From IMG/VR virus record IMGVR_UViG_3300027861_000003, positions 1 through 55,791 of that record: a stretch of 55,791 bases of DNA; one strand, written 5' to 3'. Within the stretch, counting starts at the first letter, position 1; the number at the start of each line of letters is the position of its first letter. This DNA is from a virus. Below, in pieces: positions 1 through 11,100 of the stretch. Under the pieces are notes generated by a model. That model saw only the letters and a program-made list of their open reading frames with translations, did not search any database and had not been told where the DNA came from. A program made the position numbers and the translations under genes.

Positions 1-127
1 AGAAGAGTGATAGATAACCCTAACTTATCTATCAAAGGGAGTTAACACAATGAGTTGGAATCATGAAAAAAGATTATTAAATTGTCCATTTTGCGGGACT
101 AAATCTGAAATCAATCACGAATATAGG
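1..127. repeat. Window-end duplication: 1-127 is identical to 55665-55791 (circular-assembly overlap or terminal redundancy); unique length 55,664 bp
   Basis: Base-by-base comparison of the two window ends. Confidence 0.95.
9..33 (+). promoter_or_regulatory. Conserved cassette palindrome ATAGATAA-N7-TTATCTAT (copy H1)
   Basis: gatagataa-ccctaac-ttatctatc; 9-bp arms, 7-nt spacer; GGGAG SD follows, ATG at 50. Confidence 0.8.
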
Positions 128-283
128 TATTATGGGTCATATATAAGATGTGCTAATGAGGAATGTCCTATACATGAAAAACCAATATTATTTGACACTT
201 GGCAAAACATGAAGAATAAACACGAAACGTCAGATTTGTTATTAAGTGATTTACTTAATGATTTTGATAAGAATGAACCATAA
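50..283 (+). CDS. Lar-like zinc-ribbon protein (restriction-alleviation family candidate)
   Basis: 77 aa; NCPFCG...RCANEECP Cys pairs and downstream DTWQN resemble the Lar-family layout; hairpin plus SD upstream. Confidence 0.45.
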   Translation: MSWNHEKRLLNCPFCGTKSEINHEYRYYGSYIRCANEECPIHEKPILFDTWQNMKNKHETSDLLLSDLLNDFDKNEP

Positions 284-292
284 TTTTAAATT

Positions 293-315
293 ATAGATAA
301 TGTAATGTTATCTAT
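293..315 (+). promoter_or_regulatory. Conserved cassette palindrome (copy H2)
   Basis: atagataa-tgtaatg-ttatctat; GGGAG SD follows, ATG at 332. Confidence 0.8.
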
Positions 316-331
316 CAAAGGGAGTTAAGTA

Positions 332-559
332 ATGGAAGTTAAAGTATACCACCATTTATGGGAAAATGGAGAAAGTATGATACTACATTCAAAAGAATTT
401 GGTTGGATGGAGTTTTTTGATAATTACGACCTGTATTCTCCATTGGTTTTTAAATCGAAAACGGATTTAATTTGTAATAAATATAACGCATCTACCGACA
501 AGAAAAAGATTGAGATGTTTAAAAAGGGAAGTGCTTTTAATTATTTAGGAAAATTATAG
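332..559 (+). CDS. hypothetical cassette protein
   Basis: 75-aa ORF; hairpin plus SD upstream; its TAG stop (557-559) lies inside the 5' arm of the next hairpin. Confidence 0.6.
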   Translation: MEVKVYHHLWENGESMILHSKEFGWMEFFDNYDLYSPLVFKSKTDLICNKYNASTDKKKIEMFKKGSAFNYLGKL

Positions 560-578
560 ATAATTAGGTATTATCTAT
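556..578 (+). promoter_or_regulatory. Conserved cassette palindrome (copy H3)
   Basis: atagataa-ttaggta-ttatctat; GGGAG follows, ATG at 591. Confidence 0.8.
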
Positions 579-590
579 CAGGGAGATAAA

Positions 591-851
591 ATGAACGTAT
601 ATGTATATAAAGTTGATGGTAAACTATATCTATGTAAAGATAGATCAGAGCGTTTAGATATTAATGAAAACCAATTATACGCACATATGAATGGTTATGG
701 TGAAATCGACGCACACACAATAGGGACATTTACTGTATTTCATTATGATAACGAAGTTGCGTATCATACATTCACTGGTAATTCTAAAGTTGATAACTTT
801 TATTTTACAGAAGGAACATTTGTGCCTGTAGAAGTTAATATTAAAAAATAG
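591..851 (+). CDS. hypothetical cassette protein
   Basis: 86-aa ORF; hairpin plus SD upstream; TAG stop 849-851 inside the next hairpin arm. Confidence 0.6.
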   Translation: MNVYVYKVDGKLYLCKDRSERLDINENQLYAHMNGYGEIDAHTIGTFTVFHYDNEVAYHTFTGNSKVDNFYFTEGTFVPVEVNIKK

Positions 852-870
852 ATAACCTAACATTATCAAT
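848..870 (+). promoter_or_regulatory. Conserved cassette palindrome (copy H4, one arm mismatch)
   Basis: atagataa-cctaaca-ttatcAat; AAGGAG follows, ATG at 883 region. Confidence 0.7.
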
Positions 871-876
871 CAAGGA

Positions 877-1059
877 GTGTATATGAGAATAATGAAATGG
901 GAGATACTTAACGCAAAGTCATTACCAGAGGGTACTTGCGGTAGTGATGTAATGATTAATAATATAATTTATAAAATTTGTGGATATACAGATTCAGGAC
1001 AAACTCCTTTGGTTAAAAAACACAATAATACACAAATATTTGAAGTACATAAATTATAG
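877..1059 (+). CDS. hypothetical cassette protein
   Basis: 60-aa ORF after hairpin plus AAGGAG; TAG stop 1057-1059 inside the next hairpin arm. Confidence 0.55.
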   Translation: MYMRIMKWEILNAKSLPEGTCGSDVMINNIIYKICGYTDSGQTPLVKKHNNTQIFEVHKL

Positions 1060-1078
1060 ATAACTAGGTGTTATCGAT
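1056..1078 (+). promoter_or_regulatory. Conserved cassette palindrome (copy H5, one arm mismatch)
   Basis: atagataa-ctaggtg-ttatcGat; AAGGAGG follows. Confidence 0.7.
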
Positions 1079-1149
1079 CAAGGAGGTAAGTTATAAATTT
1101 AGGTAGAAAATTACTACAATCTTTACAACCAAAAAAGGGATTATCTAGA

Positions 1150-1659
1150 GTGATCGAACGATTACAGGATTTCTTTTGGTATGATCGTGTCAGTTGTTAT
1201 CACAATTACAAAGAACAGATTCAAAGGATGTGGTTTTGGGCAAGGAAAATGCGTAGAAATTATGACTTTGATGCTCTATTTATATATGACATGTTGTATG
1301 ATAAACTAGATAGGGTCTATGATACAATGGAAAACCATGGGCATTGTGTGTGGAATAGTAATGTGAATAATCCCGATATGAGAAGACTTAGCGAAGCTAG
1401 AATACTTGCAAAGCGGTTATCACAAGATAGATATAATACAAATACTGATAGATTCTATTGTATGTATAGGAGAAAATCTGGAGGCGCAGTTGGGGACTTT
1501 TTTTACGACCTTTATCCCAATGCTAAAACTTTAGAAAACGAAAAACTATATAACTACATGTTCAAAAAAAGTTACGAGAATGACAATAAATTAAAGAAGA
1601 TAGAAAAAGATAGATTATTCCACTTGTTAAATACTTATATTGAACATTGGTGGGATTGA
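1150..1659 (+). CDS. hypothetical protein
   Basis: 169-aa ORF with GTG start; TGA stop 1657-1659 abuts the next (degenerate) hairpin. Confidence 0.6.
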   Translation: MIERLQDFFWYDRVSCYHNYKEQIQRMWFWARKMRRNYDFDALFIYDMLYDKLDRVYDTMENHGHCVWNSNVNNPDMRRLSEARILAKRLSQDRYNTNTDRFYCMYRRKSGGAVGDFFYDLYPNAKTLENEKLYNYMFKKSYENDNKLKKIEKDRLFHLLNTYIEHWWD

Positions 1660-1682
1660 TAGATAAGAATGAATTAACTACC
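1658..1682 (+). promoter_or_regulatory. Degenerate cassette palindrome (copy H6)
   Basis: gatagataa-gaatgaa-ttaActaCc; 7/9 arm matches; AAGGGA follows, ATG 1696. Confidence 0.5.
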
Positions 1683-1695
1683 AAGGGATAAGTTT

Positions 1696-1881
1696 ATGAA
1701 AAGAAGTGAAATGATAGAATTCATAAGATGGTTCATAGAAGATCAACAGACAGAAGACACTATAGAGGACGCCTCTGATCTATTAGGTCATATAGAAGAA
1801 CTAGGTATGTTACCACCTGATATATTCTCAGAAGGATGTGAATTTGAATGTAATGCTGTATATGAATGGGAAGAAGAATAA
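1696..1881 (+). CDS. hypothetical acidic protein (last plus-strand gene before the convergence point)
   Basis: 61-aa ORF, SD-like AAGGGA upstream, followed by a hairpin terminator. Confidence 0.6.
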   Translation: MKRSEMIEFIRWFIEDQQTEDTIEDASDLLGHIEELGMLPPDIFSEGCEFECNAVYEWEEE

Positions 1882-1893
1882 TGTGTAAAAAGA

Positions 1894-1917
1894 AAGGTCA
1901 GAGAGATCCCTGACCTT
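1894..1917. terminator. Bidirectional hairpin terminator between convergent transcription units
   Basis: aaggtcag-N8-ctgacctt 8-bp stem, flanked by A-run (5') and T-run (3'); sits between the stops at 1881 (+) and 1946 (-). Confidence 0.7.
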
Positions 1918-1945
1918 CTTAAGCAAGCTACGCAAGTGGAGACTT

Positions 1946-2464
1946 TTACGCACCTTGTTTATTGTATAGTTCTACTGTAAACTCAGATCCCTCTATTAAT
2001 GTACCACCAGTTACCCAAAATTCCATGTCACCTTGGACTGATTGGGCTTTTAGATTAAGATCTAATACACCAGCTCCCACGGAGGTTACATTGATACGAT
2101 CATTAGGATACATTATCAAACTGGTACACCCACTCGCTGTCAATTGCTGTAAAGTTCCCGTATATAGATTACTTGTTGCTATATTATTTGGTGACCACAC
2201 ATCTATTGTTGCTGTTGAAGTTTGACACATACTACCAACTAAAATATAAGGAGTGTTATTGGTAAACACAATACCTGTTGCTGTTGTCACAATTTGGTCT
2301 GTATATCTATCTTTATCTCTCATTATAACCGAAGCTATTTTGAAATCTGTCGTTAAATCCGTAACCTTTACTTTGGCGAAGCCACCGGCTGGAATTGTGT
2401 AACTTGTTGTATGGTTTGTTGTACTAACTGGATCGTTATTAAATTGATCTAAAAAATCTGGCAT
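1946..2464 (-). CDS. hypothetical distal tail / fibre-associated protein
   Basis: 172 aa; last gene of the minus-strand virion operon; Thr/Ser/Val/Gly-rich beta-type composition. Confidence 0.5.
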   Translation of the reverse strand: MPDFLDQFNNDPVSTTNHTTSYTIPAGGFAKVKVTDLTTDFKIASVIMRDKDRYTDQIVTTATGIVFTNNTPYILVGSMCQTSTATIDVWSPNNIATSNLYTGTLQQLTASGCTSLIMYPNDRINVTSVGAGVLDLNLKAQSVQGDMEFWVTGGTLIEGSEFTVELYNKQGA

Positions 2465-2473
2465 TTATGTCTC

Positions 2474-3022
2474 CTATACGAATAATTCAAAAATGAATCT
2501 TACTAATTGACTATTTGCTGGCATACCTGTGAGAACCAATCTTAGTCTCTGACCCGCAGCTATATCTATCTCACCAACATCAAACGCTCCTGTATCATTG
2601 TCGTTAGCTGACGGTGATGCTGCTGTTATAAAATCGATAAATGGTTTAGTTGTATAAATACTAGATGTGAAATCTGCATCTAGAATACTACCATTAGATT
2701 TCTGAACATCAATCTCTAACCCGTTAGCAACAGCGTCAGATATATATGCTATATCTTTTTCCATTAAAACAAGATTACTTGAAGTTAAAGTTACTGCGTT
2801 TTTAAAAGCAGGGGTTGTCTTTATTATAATATTTGGTGTAGTCCCTGTTGGGTTACCCAAAGAAACAGTTTCACTAAATATAGGTTGACTACTTGATACG
2901 TTTTCAAGACTAGTTAGTCTAGATTCTATATCATCATTGATCACCCTAACTTTATCAAAAAGCTCACTCTTAACTGGTTTTGATGGTTGAATTTCTGTAG
3001 GCGTTAAATTTGGATTTGCCAT
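2474..3022 (-). CDS. hypothetical tail fibre / baseplate-associated protein
   Basis: 182 aa; tightly packed in the tail-tip gene block. Confidence 0.5.
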   Translation of the reverse strand: MANPNLTPTEIQPSKPVKSELFDKVRVINDDIESRLTSLENVSSSQPIFSETVSLGNPTGTTPNIIIKTTPAFKNAVTLTSSNLVLMEKDIAYISDAVANGLEIDVQKSNGSILDADFTSSIYTTKPFIDFITAASPSANDNDTGAFDVGEIDIAAGQRLRLVLTGMPANSQLVRFIFELFV

Positions 3023-3030
3023 TATGTCTC

Positions 3031-5439
3031 CTAGTTTATCTTGTTAATTTGAAAAGTTTCATCATCATCATTGGTTCCGTTACATAGAAAAAAATCATCA
3101 GATGTTATATATCCATCTAAAGCCTTTGATTTGATTGTAGAAGCATCATAATCTAATGCAGTATCTTCTGTAATTGATGCACAAACAGAGAACCAATCGG
3201 AGATATCATTCAATGTCAACGTGACATCCTCGCCGTTTCTTGTTGTCGCAGTAACCATTGCCACTTTATAGTTACTATCAGCTTGTCCAATTTTTAGTGG
3301 GTTTCTATCGAACTGAATTAATACCCTATCATGGACATTGAAATCAACAAGATTCAGTCTACCATCTATAGTGATTATCTGTTGAGATCTACTATGGAAC
3401 CAATTGAACCTATTAGCCCAAGTTTGAGCGTATGTATCACCGTACATATATGTATCGACAACCTTGGTGGTATTGATACCTATTAGTTTTTGTGTTAACG
3501 ACACCTCGCTATTGACTACCTCAAAACCACTTTCAATACTATTTGGACTAACGTCAAAGTGGTTATAATTTAATTGTATATCTTTATATAAATCGGTTTC
3601 GGTTTTAATACTAACATCCCCGAATGCATCAAAATCTGTAACAGGAACTTGATTAACATTAGGTCGTTCTGCCGTTAGCATGTCAAGTGTTACTAGTCCG
3701 TTTTTCTCAAATAGAGATAGTAGGAAACTCTTATTTATATAGCCAATGGCGGTCCTAATATCAACTTCCGAACCTTGATGTACCAATGGTAATTTTAAAC
3801 TCGTTATATAATAGGCTTGGTTATCGACATCATCAAAACTTGATGTGTCAATATTTGTTATCTCGGCCCTATTAAGTAGATCTTTCACAACCATGGCAGG
3901 GTGTTTAATCCAATCACCATTAGCATCTTGTTTACCATAGCAATTCACAGCTACATTACTTTCATCATCTAGATAGTCTACGACTTTACATTCCAAACTA
4001 ACACCAACTAACCAACTTCCAGAGAATCCAGATTCCCGAATAGTTAGATTGTTGTCATCAATAACTTTTAGAACTTCGTAATAACCTAAATCTCCACTAT
4101 TATCTAATAACCTGATCCAATCTCTAGTACGTAGTTGTTTAGTGAACGAACCACCAGTGACTGTTAGTGATCTACCAGAGGCAGTTGTAATTGTTCCATC
4201 TAGGCTTTGTGGTAAAGTTGTTTTAAGTTCTGCATCTTGTTCGAAATTTATAATACAGTTATCGTCATCATTAATGAAATTAAAATCCCTATCAACACCG
4301 ACTCTCTGATATAAGAAGTTTGTAGTACCATTGAAAACGTCTATAAGTGGAACTTTATCTATGGTATCCCCAACACTAGGTATCTGTGGTAGAAACTGAG
4401 TTAAAGTAACCTGATTACCAGATACCCTTCTAATTGTTCTATGTGTTTCGTCTACAGTACCTTTCTTATATATTAAGACATCTCCTTCATTAAAATCCTT
4501 AGCATCGGGAACACTAAATACCCCACCGTTAAAGACCTGACTTATGGTTGTATTAACTTCAAATAACTTACCCATACCTACGTGCCAGTTTCTATTAGTG
4601 TGGTAGTTGGGCCTGTCGGGCTCAATGAGTGGCTTCACTCCCGAGAAACTAACTGTTAAATTTTCGGATATAATAAAATTAGTATCATCAACAATACTAT
4701 CAACTCTTACTTCGAAAGGTTCATCAGCAACGACAAAAGTCAGATTAGAACCTTCGTCCATTTGTTTAAGGACATCACCACTGGCTGATATTAGCTTAGA
4801 ACCACTTGTTCCGCTTATTGTTCCAGAGAACTCATAGCCGCTACCTAGTGCGTCGATAGTTGTACATTTGCTACCATTTACTCTACCATAAAGGAGTCTT
4901 TTAGGTTTATATAACGATGAGTCTGTTACCTTACCGTCAGCTTGTGTGAACTTATCTAGACCTAATAGTGTTCTTAGTTTGTATGCAAAATTGGTTGCTT
5001 TGAACGTAACTTTCTGATCTGAAAAATCACTGTCTGTTATTGTACCATCGAAGATTTTTCTGCTATCAGAAAAGTTATCCAGCTCGGGTGACCAAGAGTA
5101 TATCTTTAATGGTTGGTTAAGGAATATATACTTATTGTAAATATTATCGAAATATCTGTCTATGTTTGATAATGTAATTTGTGTATCAGATTCAAAAGCA
5201 ACACCCAAGTTATCGCGAAATGGATCTATACTGTTTTTAAATTTACCAAGTTGTTCGATTAATGGTTGGTGTTGTAATGATCTAGCTGAATCTAAATCGT
5301 AAGGTAGTTCGAACGGTCCGTTACTAAATAGATAGCGCTCTCTACCAGCGATCTCTTCGTCATTTGGATCTGTCCATACTTCTACTATGTTGGTAGATTC
5401 TGTATATCTGAAATATTCTATAGCGTAATGTGTTGCCAT
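3031..5439 (-). CDS. large tail-tip / baseplate protein (host-recognition candidate)
   Basis: 802-aa uninterrupted ORF downstream of tape measure and distal-tail genes; size and position only. Confidence 0.5.
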   Translation of the reverse strand: MATHYAIEYFRYTESTNIVEVWTDPNDEEIAGRERYLFSNGPFELPYDLDSARSLQHQPLIEQLGKFKNSIDPFRDNLGVAFESDTQITLSNIDRYFDNIYNKYIFLNQPLKIYSWSPELDNFSDSRKIFDGTITDSDFSDQKVTFKATNFAYKLRTLLGLDKFTQADGKVTDSSLYKPKRLLYGRVNGSKCTTIDALGSGYEFSGTISGTSGSKLISASGDVLKQMDEGSNLTFVVADEPFEVRVDSIVDDTNFIISENLTVSFSGVKPLIEPDRPNYHTNRNWHVGMGKLFEVNTTISQVFNGGVFSVPDAKDFNEGDVLIYKKGTVDETHRTIRRVSGNQVTLTQFLPQIPSVGDTIDKVPLIDVFNGTTNFLYQRVGVDRDFNFINDDDNCIINFEQDAELKTTLPQSLDGTITTASGRSLTVTGGSFTKQLRTRDWIRLLDNSGDLGYYEVLKVIDDNNLTIRESGFSGSWLVGVSLECKVVDYLDDESNVAVNCYGKQDANGDWIKHPAMVVKDLLNRAEITNIDTSSFDDVDNQAYYITSLKLPLVHQGSEVDIRTAIGYINKSFLLSLFEKNGLVTLDMLTAERPNVNQVPVTDFDAFGDVSIKTETDLYKDIQLNYNHFDVSPNSIESGFEVVNSEVSLTQKLIGINTTKVVDTYMYGDTYAQTWANRFNWFHSRSQQIITIDGRLNLVDFNVHDRVLIQFDRNPLKIGQADSNYKVAMVTATTRNGEDVTLTLNDISDWFSVCASITEDTALDYDASTIKSKALDGYITSDDFFLCNGTNDDDETFQINKIN

Positions 5440-5446
5440 TTATGCC

Positions 5447-5800
5447 TTATGGGTTATTTGTTTTTACCTGTTCTCTTAATATCTGTAACGCGTTGGCCTT
5501 TTCTGGTCTATTTTCTATGAGTTTTTCCCATAGCGCTACCACCATTGCCTCCATTGTACATCCAGTTGAGTTATATTCGTCATACCTATCTCTAGATCTT
5601 ATTTGCTTCACATATTCAAAAGAACTGACTATTTCTAAATTCCTAGCCTCTAGTTCCTCGACCTTGGTTTCAGCTAGTACCATATCGCTATTCATCATAT
5701 CTTCTAGCCACTTTAAATGATTAGGTACATTAATCATTTCATCGAAAGCCATTCGTTTCATTGAAGTGAATCTATCTCTTAATTCTTGCTTGGTAGTCAT
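5447..5800 (-). CDS. hypothetical protein (helical, tail module)
   Basis: 117-aa ORF in operon context; the plus-strand ORF 5430-5720 is low-complexity antisense. Confidence 0.55.
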   Translation of the reverse strand: MTTKQELRDRFTSMKRMAFDEMINVPNHLKWLEDMMNSDMVLAETKVEELEARNLEIVSSFEYVKQIRSRDRYDEYNSTGCTMEAMVVALWEKLIENRPEKANALQILREQVKTNNP

Positions 5801-5807
5801 ATATATC

Positions 5808-7076
5808 CTATAGTTTAGTTATTCTAACTATTGTGTAAACTTCCGCAGAAGAAAATCCAGAGGTTTTGCCAAAACCATCTACTGTATTTGTTACTGTACA
5901 TCTGTGTTGAATTTCAAATGTCTTGGTTGCAGCAATACTGATATGTACAGAGCCGAAAGAACGAGTACTGGTTCCTCCAGATGATCCTCCACTATACTCT
6001 GTAGATCCATGCCCTTCTGTTGTAGCATCGTCTATATTCTGCAATCTGGTTTTATGGCCAGCAAGAATATCATAAACTGGAGCCGACCAATCGATTATAT
6101 AATCACCTATCTCTAAGTCGAACTGATTTGAAGATATTGTCACAATGTTATCTGGATCTGATTCTGTATTTATATCTCTAGTTCTCCAAGCTCCGCTATT
6201 GAAATCTCCCGAATCGACACCAGATGCTTTTTCGTCCCAAATAACAGCTATCGAATTTCCTCCCGCAGCAGAACTCTGTGCTTCCCATCTAGAATTTGCA
6301 TTTGAATATACTAACACTTGACCGTCTGTTGGTGCTACTGTATGTACATCGACACCTTGTATCTTAGTTGCATTTCCTATTTCTTGGAAACCAATGACTT
6401 GCCACCTAGACTCTAACTCATCATAAACAACATGAAGCGCTTGGTTATCTGGTAATTCTATAGAAGAACCTAATCCAGTTTTTATTCTTTGATTTGTTGT
6501 TGCTCCGGTTTCGTCGTTAATTAAAATCGAAGATCCTGTATTATTTAGTAAGAACAGTTGTTGACCGATACCCTGTGGTATCATATCGATTGATACTAAA
6601 CCTGCGTTTGTTAATCTAATTACTTCGGAAGTGATACTAGTTACGGTTTGGTTAGAACCAGTGATTGTGTCAGATACTGTACTGAATCTATCCTTACCAA
6701 CGGATTGCCAATTAACATCTGTAAATGTAACGTCACTATTCGCAGTTAGACATCTATATACAACATTGTTGGTTGATAACCAAATAACGTCACCGATTGC
6801 ATAACTGGTTGTACTAACCCATTCATCTAGTCCATCCATCTGAATATATAACTCAGCTAATGCACCTTCTACAGTTGTTGATGAAAAATATGCAGCGCTA
6901 TCTTCAATTGAAACTTTACTTGCACCGTTACCATTAGCTGTTGATGCTAATTCGGTTACTATAGGTAAATTATCTAACTGAACTTTTACCGTAGCGTCAT
7001 CTGAATCTTGAGCTACCGCTAATAGATCAGAACCAGATGGTGTTAAGTTCTCTGGTAAGTTTTTAAATTCTGCCAC
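5808..7076 (-). CDS. tail fibre-like protein
   Basis: 422 aa; N-terminus LPENLTPSGSDLLAVAQDSDDATVKVQLDNL matches the common phage fibre attachment pattern; Ser/Thr/Gly-rich body. Confidence 0.55.
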   Translation of the reverse strand: MAEFKNLPENLTPSGSDLLAVAQDSDDATVKVQLDNLPIVTELASTANGNGASKVSIEDSAAYFSSTTVEGALAELYIQMDGLDEWVSTTSYAIGDVIWLSTNNVVYRCLTANSDVTFTDVNWQSVGKDRFSTVSDTITGSNQTVTSITSEVIRLTNAGLVSIDMIPQGIGQQLFLLNNTGSSILINDETGATTNQRIKTGLGSSIELPDNQALHVVYDELESRWQVIGFQEIGNATKIQGVDVHTVAPTDGQVLVYSNANSRWEAQSSAAGGNSIAVIWDEKASGVDSGDFNSGAWRTRDINTESDPDNIVTISSNQFDLEIGDYIIDWSAPVYDILAGHKTRLQNIDDATTEGHGSTEYSGGSSGGTSTRSFGSVHISIAATKTFEIQHRCTVTNTVDGFGKTSGFSSAEVYTIVRITKL

Positions 7077-7354
7077 TATTCCCCCACTAAGAAGAATTGC
7101 AAATCACCAGTTAATAGTGGATTTCCATTACCATCTTCTAAAAAATTAAAATCTCTATAATCAATCATATCAACTTGATCTCTAACCATTCCGATCAATA
7201 TTGCATTGGTTTTTGTATAATCGGTAGTTAAAAGTTTAGTAAACCTTTCTCCACCTTCGTCAGTCCATCGAATCAATTGTCTCACTGGTTCTACATGAAG
7301 TACTGTTACTTTTTCTGACTTATCTTTTTTCTTAAACTGATCGTAATCTGACAC
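7076..7354 (-). CDS. hypothetical tail protein
   Basis: 92-aa ORF; start and stop overlap both neighbours (translational coupling). Confidence 0.55.
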   Translation of the reverse strand: MSDYDQFKKKDKSEKVTVLHVEPVRQLIRWTDEGGERFTKLLTTDYTKTNAILIGMVRDQVDMIDYRDFNFLEDGNGNPLLTGDLQFFLVGE

Positions 7355-8151
7355 TATATTACCTCTTCGAATTTAATGGATGCATAGCTGTATAGTCGAT
7401 AAGTTGGATGTGTTGTACTTGGGTAGCGTCTTATCGTAAATACGCCGCCCCATATTTCTTTGTTAGCTTCTGAGCTATCTGCCATTATGTATACGTTTTC
7501 TGTTGTACCAACAAAGTCAAACATTGTGTCGAATAATAGGCGCTCGGTTTGATTTGTGTTGTTGAATTTTACGTCCATGTTCTTTGGTTTTACTGAGATC
7601 TTATCGGTAAATTTGTGTCCATAACGGCCCGATCTGAATTTTGATTTGTCATCTTTGCCTGACCTAAAACCAGTTGGGAAACCTCGATTGGTTCCAATGT
7701 CTTGTCCTAGAAACATGTTACATAGGGCCAAGTTACCGCCGACTGCTGTGATTTCAATTTCAACATGACTTGTTGTTTGTGTTGAGGCGAATTGACCGAA
7801 GCCAACGCGCTCTCCTGTGTTGAAACCAGTGAATACATCGGTTGACTGTAATGTTACAAATGCGTCGCTGTATGTTCTAATTGTAACTGTTGTCGGTATT
7901 AAACCATTGATAGGATGTCCGATAATAAAGAATGTATCTATATCTTCGTCGGCACTTAGTGTTAATCGTAACACACAAGTCGTGTCTGTTTCTACTGTTG
8001 GTTTAAAACAGTGGTGAGGCTCTTGTAGTTGTATATTACTAACAGGAAAAAATGCATTCTCTGTTGTGTCGGCTGATGGTGAGCATGATTGGATAGCTAG
8101 AGTACCTTTATCTATTGCGTTATCATAGGCTATAATAGAACATGTGGCCAT
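7354..8151 (-). CDS. distal tail protein candidate
   Basis: 265 aa, immediately downstream of the tape measure gene with overlapping stop/start; position-based call. Confidence 0.4.
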   Translation of the reverse strand: MATCSIIAYDNAIDKGTLAIQSCSPSADTTENAFFPVSNIQLQEPHHCFKPTVETDTTCVLRLTLSADEDIDTFFIIGHPINGLIPTTVTIRTYSDAFVTLQSTDVFTGFNTGERVGFGQFASTQTTSHVEIEITAVGGNLALCNMFLGQDIGTNRGFPTGFRSGKDDKSKFRSGRYGHKFTDKISVKPKNMDVKFNNTNQTERLLFDTMFDFVGTTENVYIMADSSEANKEIWGGVFTIRRYPSTTHPTYRLYSYASIKFEEVI

Positions 8152-11100
8152 TATCTTACTCCTCTAAATCTTTGCTCTTGAATCACGTCGGCAACTTCTT
8201 TACCATCGATAGTAACGATTGTTTGCATGTTTTGTATATCAGCTCTTAAACCTTTCAGTTCTTCTATCATAGCTTGATCTGATTCTTTAGATATATTATC
8301 TCTATGTCTTGGATTGTTTTTGGTTAACACTTCTTCACCAACAGATAATAACGCTGGTACATTATCGATACCTCGGCTACCAGATGGTGCAGCTTGAACA
8401 ACACCACCCGTTGCGAATTTCTGTGCCTGAATTTGAGCAACTTGACCTAGACCAGTGGCAACAACTCCGGCAGCAGCTAATATACCAATTGGGCCGGGAT
8501 ATTTACTTAGTGCTAGTGTCGCACCAGTGTATGTATTCACAATGGCTTCACCAGTTTTTAAAGCCTTTAGTGCTTTACCTGCTGTTTTACCTTGAATGAT
8601 ACCGGCTTTCATTAGATTGTCGCCAATACCAATTAATTGTTGAGATGTAGTTTGGGCTATTAGTGTTTCTACTTGAGCCTTTGCCTTGGATCTTCTAATA
8701 GATGCATCAGATCTAACTTTTGCGAATTGATCTTGTTTAATCGCATCGATTTCTCTCTGTTTCCTTAACGCTTGTAAATGATTACCTTCGGCTTCTGCTT
8801 CTTTTTGTTGAGCTTGTAACTTAAGAATCTGAATATTATCTAAACGAGTTTGAATTAATTCTAACTCTTGTTCATCAGTCTCTAACTGACTTTCTACTTC
8901 TAATATTACCTGTTCTGCTTCTAAATCACTCACTTGTTGTTTAAGTTCGGCTAATTTTTCATTATGAGCAATTGTATCATCTAATGCTCTTTGGTTTCTC
9001 TTATCCCTAGCTTCTTTTTCTATTCTTTCTTTTTCTACTTCATCTAATTTTAATTCGACATTCCTAGCTGAACTAAAATCTCCGTTATCTATAGCTTCTT
9101 GACGAAGTGATTTTAGTTTCTCTTCTCTTTGTTTGATTAGAACATCTCTAATACCATCTGTACTCTTGTTATTAGCAACCCTATTCAACCTTTCAATTTT
9201 TGATAAAAAAGACTGTTCGGCTTCTAGTAATTTTTCTGCCCTTTTTTCTTTCTCGGATAACTCTTTTTCGTTTTTACTAGATTGTTGTTCTTCCTTTATC
9301 TTTGTTATTTTTTGGTCAATTAATTCCAACTCTTTAATTATATTTGCTCTATTACCGCTTGATGCATTATCAATGGTTGCTTCTAACTCTCTATAAGTCT
9401 TTTGTAATTCATTTATTTTCTGTATCCTAATATCTTCTACTGTAGTTGCTTCTGTGCCTAGCCCCCTAAGTACCAATATCCTTTCCCTAATACTAGCTAA
9501 GTCTTTCAGTGCGGCAGCATCGTTTACAACATTACCCTTCTTTACAGCTTCTGTTAAATCACTTTCAGCTTGTTCGAGTTCTCTTAACTTTTCCCTCTTG
9601 GTATTATCTATATCTATTGCTTTCTGTTTTTCCTCTCGCTCTTTTCTTCTTTCTGTTATATTTTTTGATATCTCTTCTCTTTCATTTTTAATTGTTTCTG
9701 TCAAACTTTCTAGTGATTTCCTAGCGCTATCAGTTAAAAATGGTAATTTACTAAATGATTTAACTGCTATTTCAATAAATGCTAATAATAAAAATTTAGC
9801 GCCTTCTATAACTTCTGTTATTTCTTCCCAATATATTATAACGGCAGCTATTTGGGAACCTAAAATACCAAATCCGGCAACAGCTAATCCTATAGGCCCT
9901 GTTATACCTAACCAAGCCGCTGTCGCTGCTATTGCTAGTGATCCGAATGCAACGGTTAATCCTGATATTGCACCTAAAACAACTTTGATTCCTCTATTGT
10001 TATCCTCTACAAACCTAGTTGTAGCTAGAGCTGTTGTTCTTATAAATTCTAATACTGATCTATAAGCTGGCTCTAATTCCCGACCTAATGTTTTAGATAA
10101 CTCTATTGTTGCATTTTTTGTTAATATCTCAGCAGATTCTAATGATTTGAATTGTTTTCTGGCTTCTTCAATTGCAGCAGATTGATTGGTCATCTCCTCT
10201 TCTGTTAATTTAAAGGCTCTAGCTACGTTTTCTGTGTTTTTAATTAAAGGACCAAGTACCCTATTTACTCTATCAGTTTTTAATCCAAAATCAGAAAGGA
10301 TGGTTGGAATTAGTTCCCCTGCTTTCTTAGCTTTACCTAAACCTTCTGTGAACTTCCTTAAAAGTTCGGTGGGATTAGTTTTAAATAAATTACTTAATTC
10401 TTCTCGTTGAAGACCCGTTAGTTTAATTAACTGTTCTAATGGTGCCCCACCAGATATAATTGCGCCCTCTAGAGCTCTAAATGTTTTACCAATTGCAGTA
10501 CCTGATGCTTCTGCTTTTTCGCCAACACCTGCGATGATTGCACCTAATTTAACTGCGTCCTCTGCCAATAGGTTATATTGGGTAGTTGATTGTGCAATCC
10601 TAGTTGAAACTTCTAAGATCTGACTTTCTGTTGCAGAAAAATTATTTCCAAGTGAAACTATAACCGCAGATAGTCTTCCTATGTTCTCTGGTGCCGTTCC
10701 ACTAACTGCTATTAATTGGGCCAAACTACGAGCTGAGTCTACAGTAAGATCCGTTGTTCTAGTTAGTAGAGCCAATGATTCTGTGAATGCTAATATATTT
10801 TTTGAACCCTCAATTCCTAATTGTCCAGCCGTTTGTGATATATTTAATAGTTCAGATGTTCCAACAGGGATTCTATTGGCGAGTCTATCTATTTCCTTAC
10901 CAAATGATGCTAAGTTCTTACCGGATATATTAGTAACTTTTTCTACGTTAATTAAACCATTCTCAAATGCTTTAAATGCACCTAAAGATTTTACAGCAGC
11001 CGCTGTTAAAATTGCTAATCCTCCGGCAGCGAAAGCACCAGCATTTTTAATTTGATCAATACCGCTTTGTGCCCGTTTGATAGATTGTTCAATCTTCTTA

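Noticed and set aside
8309-11055. Plus-strand ORFs inside the tape measure gene (8309-8599, 9133-9396, 9454-10065, 9509-9691, 10186-10410, 10681-11055)
   Set aside because: They are antisense to a 1018-aa ORF with strong family-like composition. Their products are Ser/Leu/Phe low-complexity, as expected from the reverse complement of Glu/Lys/Ala-rich coding sequence.
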